Assembly (NCBI GenBank): GCA_019695175.1
Contig: JAIBAM010000003.1
Location: forward strand, 35,033 to 99,032
Length of the DNA: 64,000 bases
Direction: 5' to 3'
Source: Bdellovibrionales bacterium
Lineage (GTDB): Bacteria > Bdellovibrionota > Bdellovibrionia > Bdellovibrionales > UBA1609
Both the position numbers and the translations under genes were made by a program. Positions 48,423-57,068 of the stretch are shown here, piece after piece. Each line of letters opens with the position of its first letter. Position 1 is the first letter of the stretch. The notes below the pieces were generated by a model that did not search any database, was not told where the DNA came from, and saw only the letters and a program-made list of their open reading frames with translations.

Positions 48423-49451
48423 TTAATAACGTCAGTTTCGTTTAAGCAGCCAATAATTTTTGTGTAGAAGTATTAAAATCAAATCTCATCTGTGGTTTGT
48501 TTGGATAAAGGACATAGGCAGCAAGACCCGAGAAGAGGTTCACCATAAAATTCAATGAACTTCGATGCCTTGTATGCTCGATTTGCATAACGTCCTTAAG
48601 CTGGTGGTACACGGACTCTATCAGTGAGCGCTTTCTTAAAATCAATCTATCTGCAATTTCCATCATTCTGGGTTTCATATTTTTCCTTGCTTGAGTAACA
48701 AGCTTAAGGCCGCGTTTGAAAAACTCTTTAAAAAGCTTCATGCTGATATAACTCTTGTCTCCAAAAAGCTTCCCAACCAAATTCTTAAAAGTTCTCCCAC
48801 AACCTTGTTATCATTAATGTTTCCAGGCGTGAGTTTAAAGGCCAAAATCTCTCCCGGTTCGTTAATTATTAGATGCAGCTTGAACCCGAAAAAATAGCCC
48901 ATTGTGGATTTCCCACGCTTTGCAAGTCCATCAAAAACCTTATGGGAGAATATTCTTTTATTATGGCAAACCACAATTGGAGTGGCATCGACAATAGATA
49001 TTCCACTGCATTTACCCATATGTGTTCTTGTAAAGGCTATCAGAGGAATCATTGCCATTTTCTTGAGACTAACAAAACGAGAATAGCTCATCATTCCTGG
49101 GAAAAAGATCCCTGTGGAAGGCCAGTAATTGAAGGTAAAAATGCTTAAAGGTTCTTATTTTGGAATAATGAAATGCAATAACAGTTGTCATCACTTCGCA
49201 TAAGCATAATCCTGCTTCTCGGGTCCTGTGTCTTACGCCCGTTGTCAGCAGAGTTTTGAACCAATGGGGTTCAAATTCTTTACAAAAAGCATCGACAATA
49301 CAATACAAAGTGGTCCAATCTATGTTGCTCATGCCAGTTTCCCCTTCCTTGAGGTTTTGTTTTGTTTAACTCAACCCCTCAAAGGGGCCGACATGACTTT
49401 CAAGTATTTTTACAGACTTACGACTGGCTTAAACGAAACTGGCGTTAATAA
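48423..49451 (-). mobile_element. IS982-family insertion sequence, about 1.03 kb, degenerate
   Basis: Terminal inverted repeats ttaataacgtcagtttcgtttaagc (48423-48447) and the reverse complement of gcttaaacgaaactggcgttaataa (49427-49451), 23/25 identical. The internal transposase is split over three frames. Confidence 0.75.
48442..49332 (-). pseudogene. IS982-family DDE transposase, two frameshifts
   Basis: Listed ORFs 49069..49332 (LYCIVDAFCKEF..), 48738..49094 (..KRGKSTMGYFFGFKLHLIINEPGEILAFKLTPGNINDN..) and 48442..48780 (..GDKSYIS..RKNMK..IESVYHQLK..HTRHRS..) together recapitulate an IS982-type transposase of about 295 aa. Confidence 0.75.
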
Positions 49452-49518
49452 TTTACTCTCCCTTTGCAACGAAAATACATATTGGGTATTGTAGAAAATC
49501 TTTTAAAAGATTCTAAAT

Positions 49519-49590
49519 ATGATGAGAACTTAAACATGGAAAATGATGAGAACTTAAACATGGAAAATGATAAGAGTTTAAACATGGAAA
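49519..49590. repeat. 24-bp tandem repeat x3 spanning the candidate start codons of the nuclease gene
   Basis: atgatgagaacttaaacatggaaa (49519-49542 and 49543-49566, identical) and atgataagagtttaaacatggaaa (49567-49590). Confidence 0.9.
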
Positions 49591-50711
49591 TTATCAAAAG
49601 CAAAAAGGCCAGCGGTTTTAGGTTTATTTTACTCTTCGTCCCACTGGCCTTACAGTTTTTCTTCCCCCAAACCGCCTGGGGATGGGGTCGCCAAGGTCAT
49701 AAAATTGTTGGTGAAACAGCGGCCAACCTGGTTGCACAGGATCCCAATCTACAAACTCAAAAACTTTTTAAACAACATAGTTTTGACCTTGGGTTCTATT
49801 GCAATGTTCCTGACTTTATTTGGAAAAGGCCAGCAACCTATGCCACAGAGAAAACCGAACATTATTTAAATCTAGACTCATTTAATAAGAAAATTTCCCT
49901 TCATCCTGAAGTTCAAAACCCATTTCTGTTAAATCGAAAAGAACTCTCCGAAAAAATTCCCGAAATTAAAATTGAAGATGGAAGAGCCTTATGGCGCCTC
50001 CGGGAGCTCAATCAGAAACTTTCAGAAACGAGAGAAAATTTGGTTGTAGCCCATCAAAAAATAGAGGAAACAAAAAAAGCTTCTAACCCCCCTCCTCTTC
50101 CCGCTAATGAAGAGAAAAAAAGTTCCGAAAAAAATCCAACCTCAGCAGCTCTTAGTAAAAATCCATCAACACCAGGATCCATTGAAAAATTAGCTGAAGA
50201 ATACAAAACTCTTCAGGGCCATTGGTTGGTCGTTGCAGGGGTGATGTGCCACTATATTGGTGACTTAGCCCAACCCCTTCATGTCTCTGAAAATTATGAT
50301 GGGGCCCTTACCCAGCAAAAGGGAATTCACAGTTATTTTGAGGAAACCTGTGTGGATGAGCTTTACCCCCAAATCAGCAATGAGGTCTTCCAAAGTGCAA
50401 AAAAACTATGGCCCTCCTTTCAAAAAAATAATTCCAAAAAATCCCTCACAGAACTTGTTCTCAACTTAGCGACTTCTTCATACAAAAAAATTCCTTTATT
50501 GCTTAAACTAGACCAACCTAAAAATCGCAGGCACCTTTCTAAAAGTGCTCAAAGATATCATTCTCTGATTAAAGAACGTCTCGTTGAAGCCTCTTTGACC
50601 TTGGCGGAAATTTATCGCCGACAAAGTGAATGGCCCTACATTAACGAAAAATTTTACTTTTTCGACGGAGAACCAGCCTATATTCAACCTCAAGACGTGG
50701 ATTCGTTTTAA
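49584..50711 (+). CDS. secreted S1/P1-family (zinc) nuclease
   Basis: Signal peptide ..FRFILLFVPLALQFFFPQTAWG, then WGRQGHKIVGETAA (the mature N-terminal Trp/His zinc ligands of S1/P1 nucleases) and HYIGDLAQPLH. The start could equally be ATG 49536 or 49560, in earlier repeat copies. Confidence 0.65.
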   Translation: MEIIKSKKASGFRFILLFVPLALQFFFPQTAWGWGRQGHKIVGETAANLVAQDPNLQTQKLFKQHSFDLGFYCNVPDFIWKRPATYATEKTEHYLNLDSFNKKISLHPEVQNPFLLNRKELSEKIPEIKIEDGRALWRLRELNQKLSETRENLVVAHQKIEETKKASNPPPLPANEEKKSSEKNPTSAALSKNPSTPGSIEKLAEEYKTLQGHWLVVAGVMCHYIGDLAQPLHVSENYDGALTQQKGIHSYFEETCVDELYPQISNEVFQSAKKLWPSFQKNNSKKSLTELVLNLATSSYKKIPLLLKLDQPKNRRHLSKSAQRYHSLIKERLVEASLTLAEIYRRQSEWPYINEKFYFFDGEPAYIQPQDVDSF

Positions 50712-50885
50712 GATGAGGGCGTACCCTAGACTATAGGAACTCATTTTTTTTCGTGCTGTTATTTTGACTCTGGTAGCTTCATGAGAGTCGTTAACAAAGC
50801 GAATGCAGCCGCCAGATCAAGACTCCCTTTCATTCATGACTGGTGTCGATCGCATAAGTATAAATAAATAAACAATAATTGTTTT

Positions 50886-51842
50886 TTAAAAACATGAGAT
50901 GAAATTTAATCTTGGATCTTGAGGGGGTTTTTCATTCCACAAACTTAGAATGTACCCCCCTCCTCCTGATCCGGTAGGCTTTGTAGCTAAAGCACCAAGA
51001 CTTTTAAGTTGAAGAATATGCTGTTCCACAGCTCCCTCTGATAAACCCCATTGTTTAAAACAATCTGCAGCTAAATTCATTGAATTTATAAGAAAATTCA
51101 TGCCCAATTTTTGATTGGCTCTAAGCGCTTGCTCTCCACAAGATACGGATTCAGCCATTTGCAAATCAATTTTTTTTGCCAACTGTGGTTTTTCCTCCCA
51201 CATACTTTTAACCCTAGTGACACATTCAGCAGTCATTCCCCTTTGACCACAATAAGACAAATAAAGTGCTGGCTTCCAATTCAACTGCAATTCAACAAAA
51301 TCTCGAGATAGATTTTTTTCAGCAAATAAGTTTTCAGATACACTAACAACTCCCGCCTGACTTGGAACAAAAAAACTATCGACTTGACGGACAAATTTAA
51401 GACCCGTTCCTCTTAAAGCCACAGCTACATCCACTCCGCTGCTCTCACCATGAAATAGATTTTCCAAGTTTCGACTCAATGAAAATAGTTGATCCTCACT
51501 TACCCATCCTAGATGGTGACAGCATCGACTCATAGCCACACAGAGAGCTGCAGAAGCCCCTAAACCTGTCCCCATGGGTAAACTGCTGTTAATTTCTAAA
51601 ACGCCTGTCACTTCATGTATGTTTTTATTTAATCGCTGAGCTGCATTTTCTAGAACCCCCCAAGCTAGGAGCTTGAGTTCATCACCATAAGTACCTGAAA
51701 GGTTTAACTGCAGGGGCTGCAAAGAGTTTTCATAAGTGACATGCATGACACTGGATTTCAGTGGAAAAACAAGAGCCGGGACTCCGCGCAAAACGGCATG
51801 CTCCCCAGACAGTATCCACTTACCTGGAACTACAAATTCCAT
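50886..51842 (-). CDS. mvk: mevalonate kinase (GHMP family)
   Basis: VPGKWILSGEHAVLRGVPALV (MK N-terminal motif) and GHMP motif PMGTGLGASAALCVA. Confidence 0.8.
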   Translation of the reverse strand: MEFVVPGKWILSGEHAVLRGVPALVFPLKSSVMHVTYENSLQPLQLNLSGTYGDELKLLAWGVLENAAQRLNKNIHEVTGVLEINSSLPMGTGLGASAALCVAMSRCCHHLGWVSEDQLFSLSRNLENLFHGESSGVDVAVALRGTGLKFVRQVDSFFVPSQAGVVSVSENLFAEKNLSRDFVELQLNWKPALYLSYCGQRGMTAECVTRVKSMWEEKPQLAKKIDLQMAESVSCGEQALRANQKLGMNFLINSMNLAADCFKQWGLSEGAVEQHILQLKSLGALATKPTGSGGGGYILSLWNEKPPQDPRLNFISCF

Positions 51843-52840
51843 GATCCCAATCCATATTGTTTAGATTCTTGATGGGCCGAATCGATTATTGAAGCCAAGG
51901 ATCTAAGTTGACTGGCACACTGATTTGCCAAAAACTCTTGGTCCTCACGGTAAAGCAAATGAACATTGGCCCCTGCATCCATAGTTACCAACGGTCCATC
52001 ATTATTTTTTCGCCACAATTCTTCACAATAATTCAGTACCTGAATGGAGAGCGGTTTAAAGTAACTAAAACTGGGTACACTGGTTGCAAAAAGTGCATGC
52101 ATCTCCCAAAAATCCGCCCAAACATTTTGAAAAACGTCACTCCAATTACCATCACGAAAAGATTTGAGTAGAAATTCCAACCTTTTTTGGGCCCGCTCTC
52201 TACGTCCTTCAAATAATAAACTTGTTATGACTCGCTGATGGGCCGAGCTGGATGAAACTATTTTTTTTTCCTGCTCAACAAGAACAACCTGATGGCGCAA
52301 TCGTTGAAACGGAAGTTCCAAACCAAATGCCCCCTCTTCACTCCACAATGACCAAGGAGAGAAAAAGGAACGACAAGAGGATCCTGATCCCTGCTGACTT
52401 AACCGAGCCAACTTTTTACAGACATCTTCTGTAAGTCGATGTGAGGGAGTATCACTCAAATAAAAAGCAGCCAACGTTAAAGCCGCGAAGCTGGAGGCTG
52501 AGCTCGCCAAACCGCAGTCGCTGGGAAAATTATTCCCTGAGCGGATAATGTAAGATCCTTCCAAATGAAAAAATTCTTTAAGTTTTGTAAAATGAGTCAG
52601 AAATCTCTGTATCCCAAGAGGACTTAATTTTGTTTTTTCATCGTGACAGTAGGGGTGATTCAATGGTTCCCAATTGTCATTTCCAGTTCTAGATTCAATT
52701 TCGACAAAGGAGCATAAATGATTTAAGGTATAGGACAAAGAAGAATTAGCCGCTCCGTTGCGAACGGAATCCGCCTTTCCCATGTATTTAATCAAAGCTA
52801 TATTTGCCGGAGCTTGGGCTCGTACTAATTTTATTTTCAT
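51830..52840 (-). CDS. mvaD: diphosphomevalonate decarboxylase
   Basis: APANIALIKYMGK..NSSLSYTL and DCGLASSASSFAALTLA..SGSSCRS. Confidence 0.85.
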   Translation of the reverse strand: MKIKLVRAQAPANIALIKYMGKADSVRNGAANSSLSYTLNHLCSFVEIESRTGNDNWEPLNHPYCHDEKTKLSPLGIQRFLTHFTKLKEFFHLEGSYIIRSGNNFPSDCGLASSASSFAALTLAAFYLSDTPSHRLTEDVCKKLARLSQQGSGSSCRSFFSPWSLWSEEGAFGLELPFQRLRHQVVLVEQEKKIVSSSSAHQRVITSLLFEGRRERAQKRLEFLLKSFRDGNWSDVFQNVWADFWEMHALFATSVPSFSYFKPLSIQVLNYCEELWRKNNDGPLVTMDAGANVHLLYREDQEFLANQCASQLRSLASIIDSAHQESKQYGLGSWNL

Positions 52841-53772
52841 ACCAGTCCCCCCACAACTTCATTTTGTCTCGGTTCCAACAACATTTCCATTTGCAATCCA
52901 AAATCAATATTTGAGGAATCAAAAAAATAAGTCCTGCCTTTTTTAACAAGCCAATCACAAAAATGATTCTTTTGGGCTTTGGGTAGAATCACTAAAATCA
53001 CATCGGCGCCAAGGGCTCCACACCCTTTGATAACCTGAACAGCGGAGTGGGCACTGAGATCTGCAATTTGTCCTCTGGTTTCAAGAGTAACCAGTTGCAA
53101 GCGTTCTAATTCCTCACCATAACCTCTGAGTTCAAAAACGAAACGTTCTTCATCAGCTTTCAAAAAAGAATCTGCAACAGTTTCAGCCCTTTTAATTAGA
53201 GTTTCAGAAACCGGTAATCTTTCGCGCAAATGTTCATGGGTGGAAACCTTAAAGCCTGTAGGAATTAAAATAAATTCCAAATTGGGAAATGGCCATTTTC
53301 TAGACTCCAATCTCCACGGATGTTGGTTGAAAACAACCGTTTCACCATGCCACTGACTGACCACGTCTCCACCGCTGGGAAGCTGATCACTACCATGGTT
53401 TAAAAGACGATACTCTTGCCACATCTCCTTCACATTTAATTGCTTTTGTATAAGAGACAAAGATGAGTTTTGTATTTTGGCAGCCACATAGGACAAAACA
53501 AATTGCGCCGATGAGGCCCCAAAACCACCCCTTCCCCCGTGAGGATCCTGAAAAATCAAACTTGTATCTTTAAACAACGGTGCATTTTTTTTAATCCACT
53601 GGGCTCCGGGACTTCCATAAGGAATATTTAAACATTCTCCAGCTCCCACCATCGACTTCATTTGTAGTTTGAATCTGGGAGCATGCCCGAGCAGAACAGC
53701 AGGCCCACCATAAAGTACAGCATACTCTCCACACAAAAATGTTTTACTGGGTACTGAAAGAGTTAAGTGCAT
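52837..53772 (-). CDS. mvaK2: phosphomevalonate kinase (GHMP type)
   Basis: VPSKTFLCGEYAVLYGGPAV (a GEYAV motif typical of PMK) and GGFGASSAQFVLSY. Confidence 0.7.
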   Translation of the reverse strand: MHLTLSVPSKTFLCGEYAVLYGGPAVLLGHAPRFKLQMKSMVGAGECLNIPYGSPGAQWIKKNAPLFKDTSLIFQDPHGGRGGFGASSAQFVLSYVAAKIQNSSLSLIQKQLNVKEMWQEYRLLNHGSDQLPSGGDVVSQWHGETVVFNQHPWRLESRKWPFPNLEFILIPTGFKVSTHEHLRERLPVSETLIKRAETVADSFLKADEERFVFELRGYGEELERLQLVTLETRGQIADLSAHSAVQVIKGCGALGADVILVILPKAQKNHFCDWLVKKGRTYFFDSSNIDFGLQMEMLLEPRQNEVVGGLV

Positions 53773-55211
53773 ACAGAAGTGGGATTAGGCTCAGGCGCCA
53801 CAAGTTTGTTCTTTAATCTTAATTCATTTAAGACTTCCACCGCATTTTGCAATGAAATCCGTTTTTGTAAACTTAAGATTTGTTCCAGTCTCTTCTGAAC
53901 GATCGGACTTTCTCGATCTGTTGCCCCAGCCCCCAAGGTCAAATTACGAATATGAAGTTTCATATGTCCTTCAATAATTCCAACTGTCGTTAAAGCCCGC
54001 AAAGCTCCTAAGTTTTGCACTAAACCCACAGCGGCGCAGATCCGAGATAGTTTGTTCGCTGAATCCACCCCTAAAATCCTTAAAGACAATCGCGCCATGG
54101 GATGCAGTTGAGTCACTCCTCCCACAATTCCCACAATCAATGGCGCCGTCAATTCTCCAATCAAAGTTTGATTTTTCACAGACCACTTGGTTAAAGATCG
54201 GTACTGGCCATCTTGAGCGGCGTAGGCATGGGCCCCGGCCTCTACTGCCCGCCAATCATTTCCGGTAGCAATTAAAATGGGATCAATTCCATTTAATATA
54301 CCTTTATTATTCGTAGCCGCTCTATAAGGGTCACAATGTGCAAATAAAGAGGCCTCCTCGATACGCTCCATAAGCTCTGTTTCCAACCCTGTCATTTCAA
54401 TACGGGACTTAGTCAGTTTTGAATCCACCAAATTGGACAAAATACACATGGTGACCACTTCACCCGACTTGATTTCTAGAGGTGATTTTAAATATTCACA
54501 TACTTGATTGATGACATTTGCCCCCATGGCGTCACAGGGATTGGCATAAACGTGTAATACAGCCATTGTCAGTCCATCGGGCCGAAGTATGTCCCTTAGG
54601 ACCATCCGAGTCACTCCTCCGCCTCGTCGAACTAGACCTGAAGCTACTTTTTCATTAAGCTCAGACACCCAAGTCGCTTCATTTTCTTTTATAACTTTTC
54701 TTAAATTGTTTAGATCTCTGACCTTTGCAAATTGAATCTGACCAATAATTTCCGCTCCCATAACCTGGGTCGAAATTGTGCCAAATTCTTTAACCCACTT
54801 AGCCGTTTTACTGGCAGCAGCAATGATGGAGGTTTCTTCAACGGCCATGGGAATAACATAAGGTTCCCCATCGATCACAAAATGGGTGGCGACCCCTAAA
54901 GGCAATTGAAAATAACCTAGAACATTTTCAATAAAATTCTCTGCTAAATCCGTGGAAGTAATCCCACCCTGTCTCAAAAATTCTAGATCCTCTGTCTTTA
55001 AGACTCCAAGCTCCTGAAGACGAAGGTATCTTTGGCGTAAATTTAGTTTAGAAAATCCAGTAAATGCTTTTTGATAAAGTTCACCTTTGTCTAATTTATC
55101 TAAATTCGAAAGACCTAAAGAAGAATTCGAGAGACCTAAAGAAGAGCCATCCAAAACCGACCTTTGAGGTTCACTTAATTTTTCGTTACTGGGGACTGTC
55201 TCCATTTCCAC
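53763..55211 (-). CDS. mvaA: hydroxymethylglutaryl-CoA reductase, class II
   Basis: FIENVLGYFQLPLGVA..PMAVEETSIIAAAS..DAMGANVIN..ATGNDWRAVEAG..GTVGG-like IVGIVGG. N-terminal extension with a duplicated SSLGLSN. Confidence 0.88.
   Translation of the reverse strand: MEMETVPSNEKLSEPQRSVLDGSSLGLSNSSLGLSNLDKLDKGELYQKAFTGFSKLNLRQRYLRLQELGVLKTEDLEFLRQGGITSTDLAENFIENVLGYFQLPLGVATHFVIDGEPYVIPMAVEETSIIAAASKTAKWVKEFGTISTQVMGAEIIGQIQFAKVRDLNNLRKVIKENEATWVSELNEKVASGLVRRGGGVTRMVLRDILRPDGLTMAVLHVYANPCDAMGANVINQVCEYLKSPLEIKSGEVVTMCILSNLVDSKLTKSRIEMTGLETELMERIEEASLFAHCDPYRAATNNKGILNGIDPILIATGNDWRAVEAGAHAYAAQDGQYRSLTKWSVKNQTLIGELTAPLIVGIVGGVTQLHPMARLSLRILGVDSANKLSRICAAVGLVQNLGALRALTTVGIIEGHMKLHIRNLTLGAGATDRESPIVQKRLEQILSLQKRISLQNAVEVLNELRLKNKLVAPEPNPTSVCT
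55102..55143. repeat. 21-bp in-frame tandem duplication in the HMG-CoA reductase 5' region
   Basis: aattcgaaagacctaaagaag (55102-55122) and aattcgagagacctaaagaag (55123-55143). It encodes SSLGLSN twice on the minus strand. Confidence 0.85.
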
Positions 55212-56239
55212 ACCTGCCTTTGTCTAAATTCAGCAATTTGACTGATTCCCAAACAAAACATCGCCGTTTTCAGTTCAAATTCCCTAGCTTCCATCCATCG
55301 ATTTAAAAATTCTTCCCCCTTTAAAGCAGCAACCAATGCAGGTTTGGCAAAACCAACATAATCTGCGCCCAAGGCAAAACATTTGGCGCTATCAACCCCG
55401 GTTCTCACTCCACCGGAAGCCCAAAGACTGCATTTCCCACTCCCCTCACGAAGAGGGGCCAACTCTTTGGCTGACAAAATAGCATCAACAGTACCTATTC
55501 CCCAATCACTAAAGGCCTCAGCAGCCTCTTTTCTGAGATCATCTGCCTTTGCCCTTGCCCCTTCAATTCTTCCCCAGTGAGTCCCACCATAGCCACTGAC
55601 ATCCACAGCAGCTAATCCCGTACCCAAAAGTTTATTTAAAGTCAGGGAATTTACCCCACAACCGGTTTCTTTCCAAACCACTGGGACCGACAAATCTTGA
55701 GTCAGTCTCGCTAAGGCCTGATAGCCCCCGGAGAATTGGGGGGTTCCTTCCGGTTGCAAACATTCTTGCAGAGCATTGGCGTGTACAATCATAGCCCACG
55801 CCTGGAGAGAATCAGCCAAATGTTGAATCTCTTCTGAATGAGACGAAATAGCTTGCGACAAACCAATATTTCCCATGATTTTGAGTTCAGGAAAATCCTT
55901 CCTAAACCTATCCCATTCACTTAAATTTGGTTTTTCAATAAGTTGCCGACGTTGGGAACCCACTCCCATGGTCCAACCTCTTCGCCTGCAAGCGGCGGCT
56001 AAGACACGATTTAAAGGATCCGCATCCCTGTGACCCGCTGTCATAGAACTGACGTAAAACGGAGTCGCAATTCTCTGATCAAAAATAACTGTACTTATAT
56101 CGACCTGGTCAAAATCCAGCTCGGGCATAGCTTCATGGAGCAGTTGAATTTTGTCAAAACCACTGCCCCCAAAAGCTTCAACAGCTGAGGACAATGAGAG
56201 CCGGATATGATCCTGCTTACGTTCCTCAAACTTATCCAC
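55175..56239 (-). CDS. fni: isopentenyl-diphosphate delta-isomerase, type 2 (FMN-dependent)
   Basis: RKQDHIRL..FYVSSMTAG..VWKETGCG..VDVSGYGGTHWGRIE..ASGGVRTGVDSAKCFALGADYVGFAKP. GTG start immediately after the rplT stop. Confidence 0.88.
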   Translation of the reverse strand: MDKFEERKQDHIRLSLSSAVEAFGGSGFDKIQLLHEAMPELDFDQVDISTVIFDQRIATPFYVSSMTAGHRDADPLNRVLAAACRRRGWTMGVGSQRRQLIEKPNLSEWDRFRKDFPELKIMGNIGLSQAISSHSEEIQHLADSLQAWAMIVHANALQECLQPEGTPQFSGGYQALARLTQDLSVPVVWKETGCGVNSLTLNKLLGTGLAAVDVSGYGGTHWGRIEGARAKADDLRKEAAEAFSDWGIGTVDAILSAKELAPLREGSGKCSLWASGGVRTGVDSAKCFALGADYVGFAKPALVAALKGEEFLNRWMEAREFELKTAMFCLGISQIAEFRQRQVWKWRQSPVTKN

Positions 56240-56587
56240 TTAAGCCGGCATAACCTTGTGAACCAGTGCGCTAAATCCACTGGCATCATTCACCGCCATG
56301 TCAGCCAACACTTTACGGTCCAACATAACTTGAGCCTTATGAAGAGCTCCCATAAATCGAGAATAGGTTGTCCCATTCAAACGGGCCGCTGCGTTTATTC
56401 TTTGTGTCCACAGCTGTCGCATTTCACGTTTTTTGACTCTTCGATCACGGTAAGAATACTGTAGACCATGATCGACTTTTTCTGTCGCATGAATGAAACA
56501 ACGGGAATTTGCAGCATAATAGCCGCTGGCACGTTTTAAAATCTTTTTGTGACGACGACGAGTAACAACTCCACCTTTAACTCTCAT
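56240..56587 (-). CDS. rplT: 50S ribosomal protein L20
   Basis: MRVKGGVVTRRRHKKILK.ASGYY..YRDRR.KKR.MR.LW..RINAAAR..G..YS.F. Confidence 0.95.
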   Translation of the reverse strand: MRVKGGVVTRRRHKKILKRASGYYAANSRCFIHATEKVDHGLQYSYRDRRVKKREMRQLWTQRINAAARLNGTTYSRFMGALHKAQVMLDRKVLADMAVNDASGFSALVHKVMPA

Positions 56588-56599
56588 GGAAATTCTCCT

Positions 56600-56791
56600 T
56601 TAAAATACTAATAAACGGTTCACTTGATATTCACTGGCTGAATGAACGTAAGTGGCTTTACCCAACAGACGTTTATTTTTAGACGATTTGTTGTTAAGCA
56701 AATGTCTTTTCCCAGCATATTTTCGTTTTACTTTTCCGCTTGATTTTAAACGGAGACGTTTTTTTGCACCGGAGTGTGTCTTCATTTTCAT
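56600..56791 (-). CDS. rpmI: 50S ribosomal protein L35
   Basis: MKMKTHSGAKKRLRLKSSGKVKRKYAGKRHLL. Start taken at ATG 56791. The listed ORF extends to 56830. Confidence 0.9.
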   Translation of the reverse strand: MKMKTHSGAKKRLRLKSSGKVKRKYAGKRHLLNNKSSKNKRLLGKATYVHSASEYQVNRLLVF

Positions 56792-57068
56792 GTGATATCC
56801 TTCCTGAGTTGGCGAGAGTTCTTCCATCAACCCAACCCAAAAAACTCTGGTTGAGTCCCAAGAGTACTTTCTGCTTTAAGATTTATTGATGCAGCAGTTT
56901 TTTATTGAAACAAAAAACTTGCGCTTAGACGTACCATTTCCGCATAAGCTTTAATACAACAACTAAACCTGGCCACAATCAGCAATGGGGGTTAAAACCT
57001 CTTAGCTATCGCGAAGTTAGACCAGAGGCAAGCAGAAAGGAAGGTTTCCCTTGTTCCAATCCATTTTT

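Noticed and set aside
56792-57050. L20-binding leader / infC remnant upstream of rpmI
   Set aside because: No ORF resembling IF-3 is present, and only weak AT-only hairpins are visible. A covariance-model scan would be needed.
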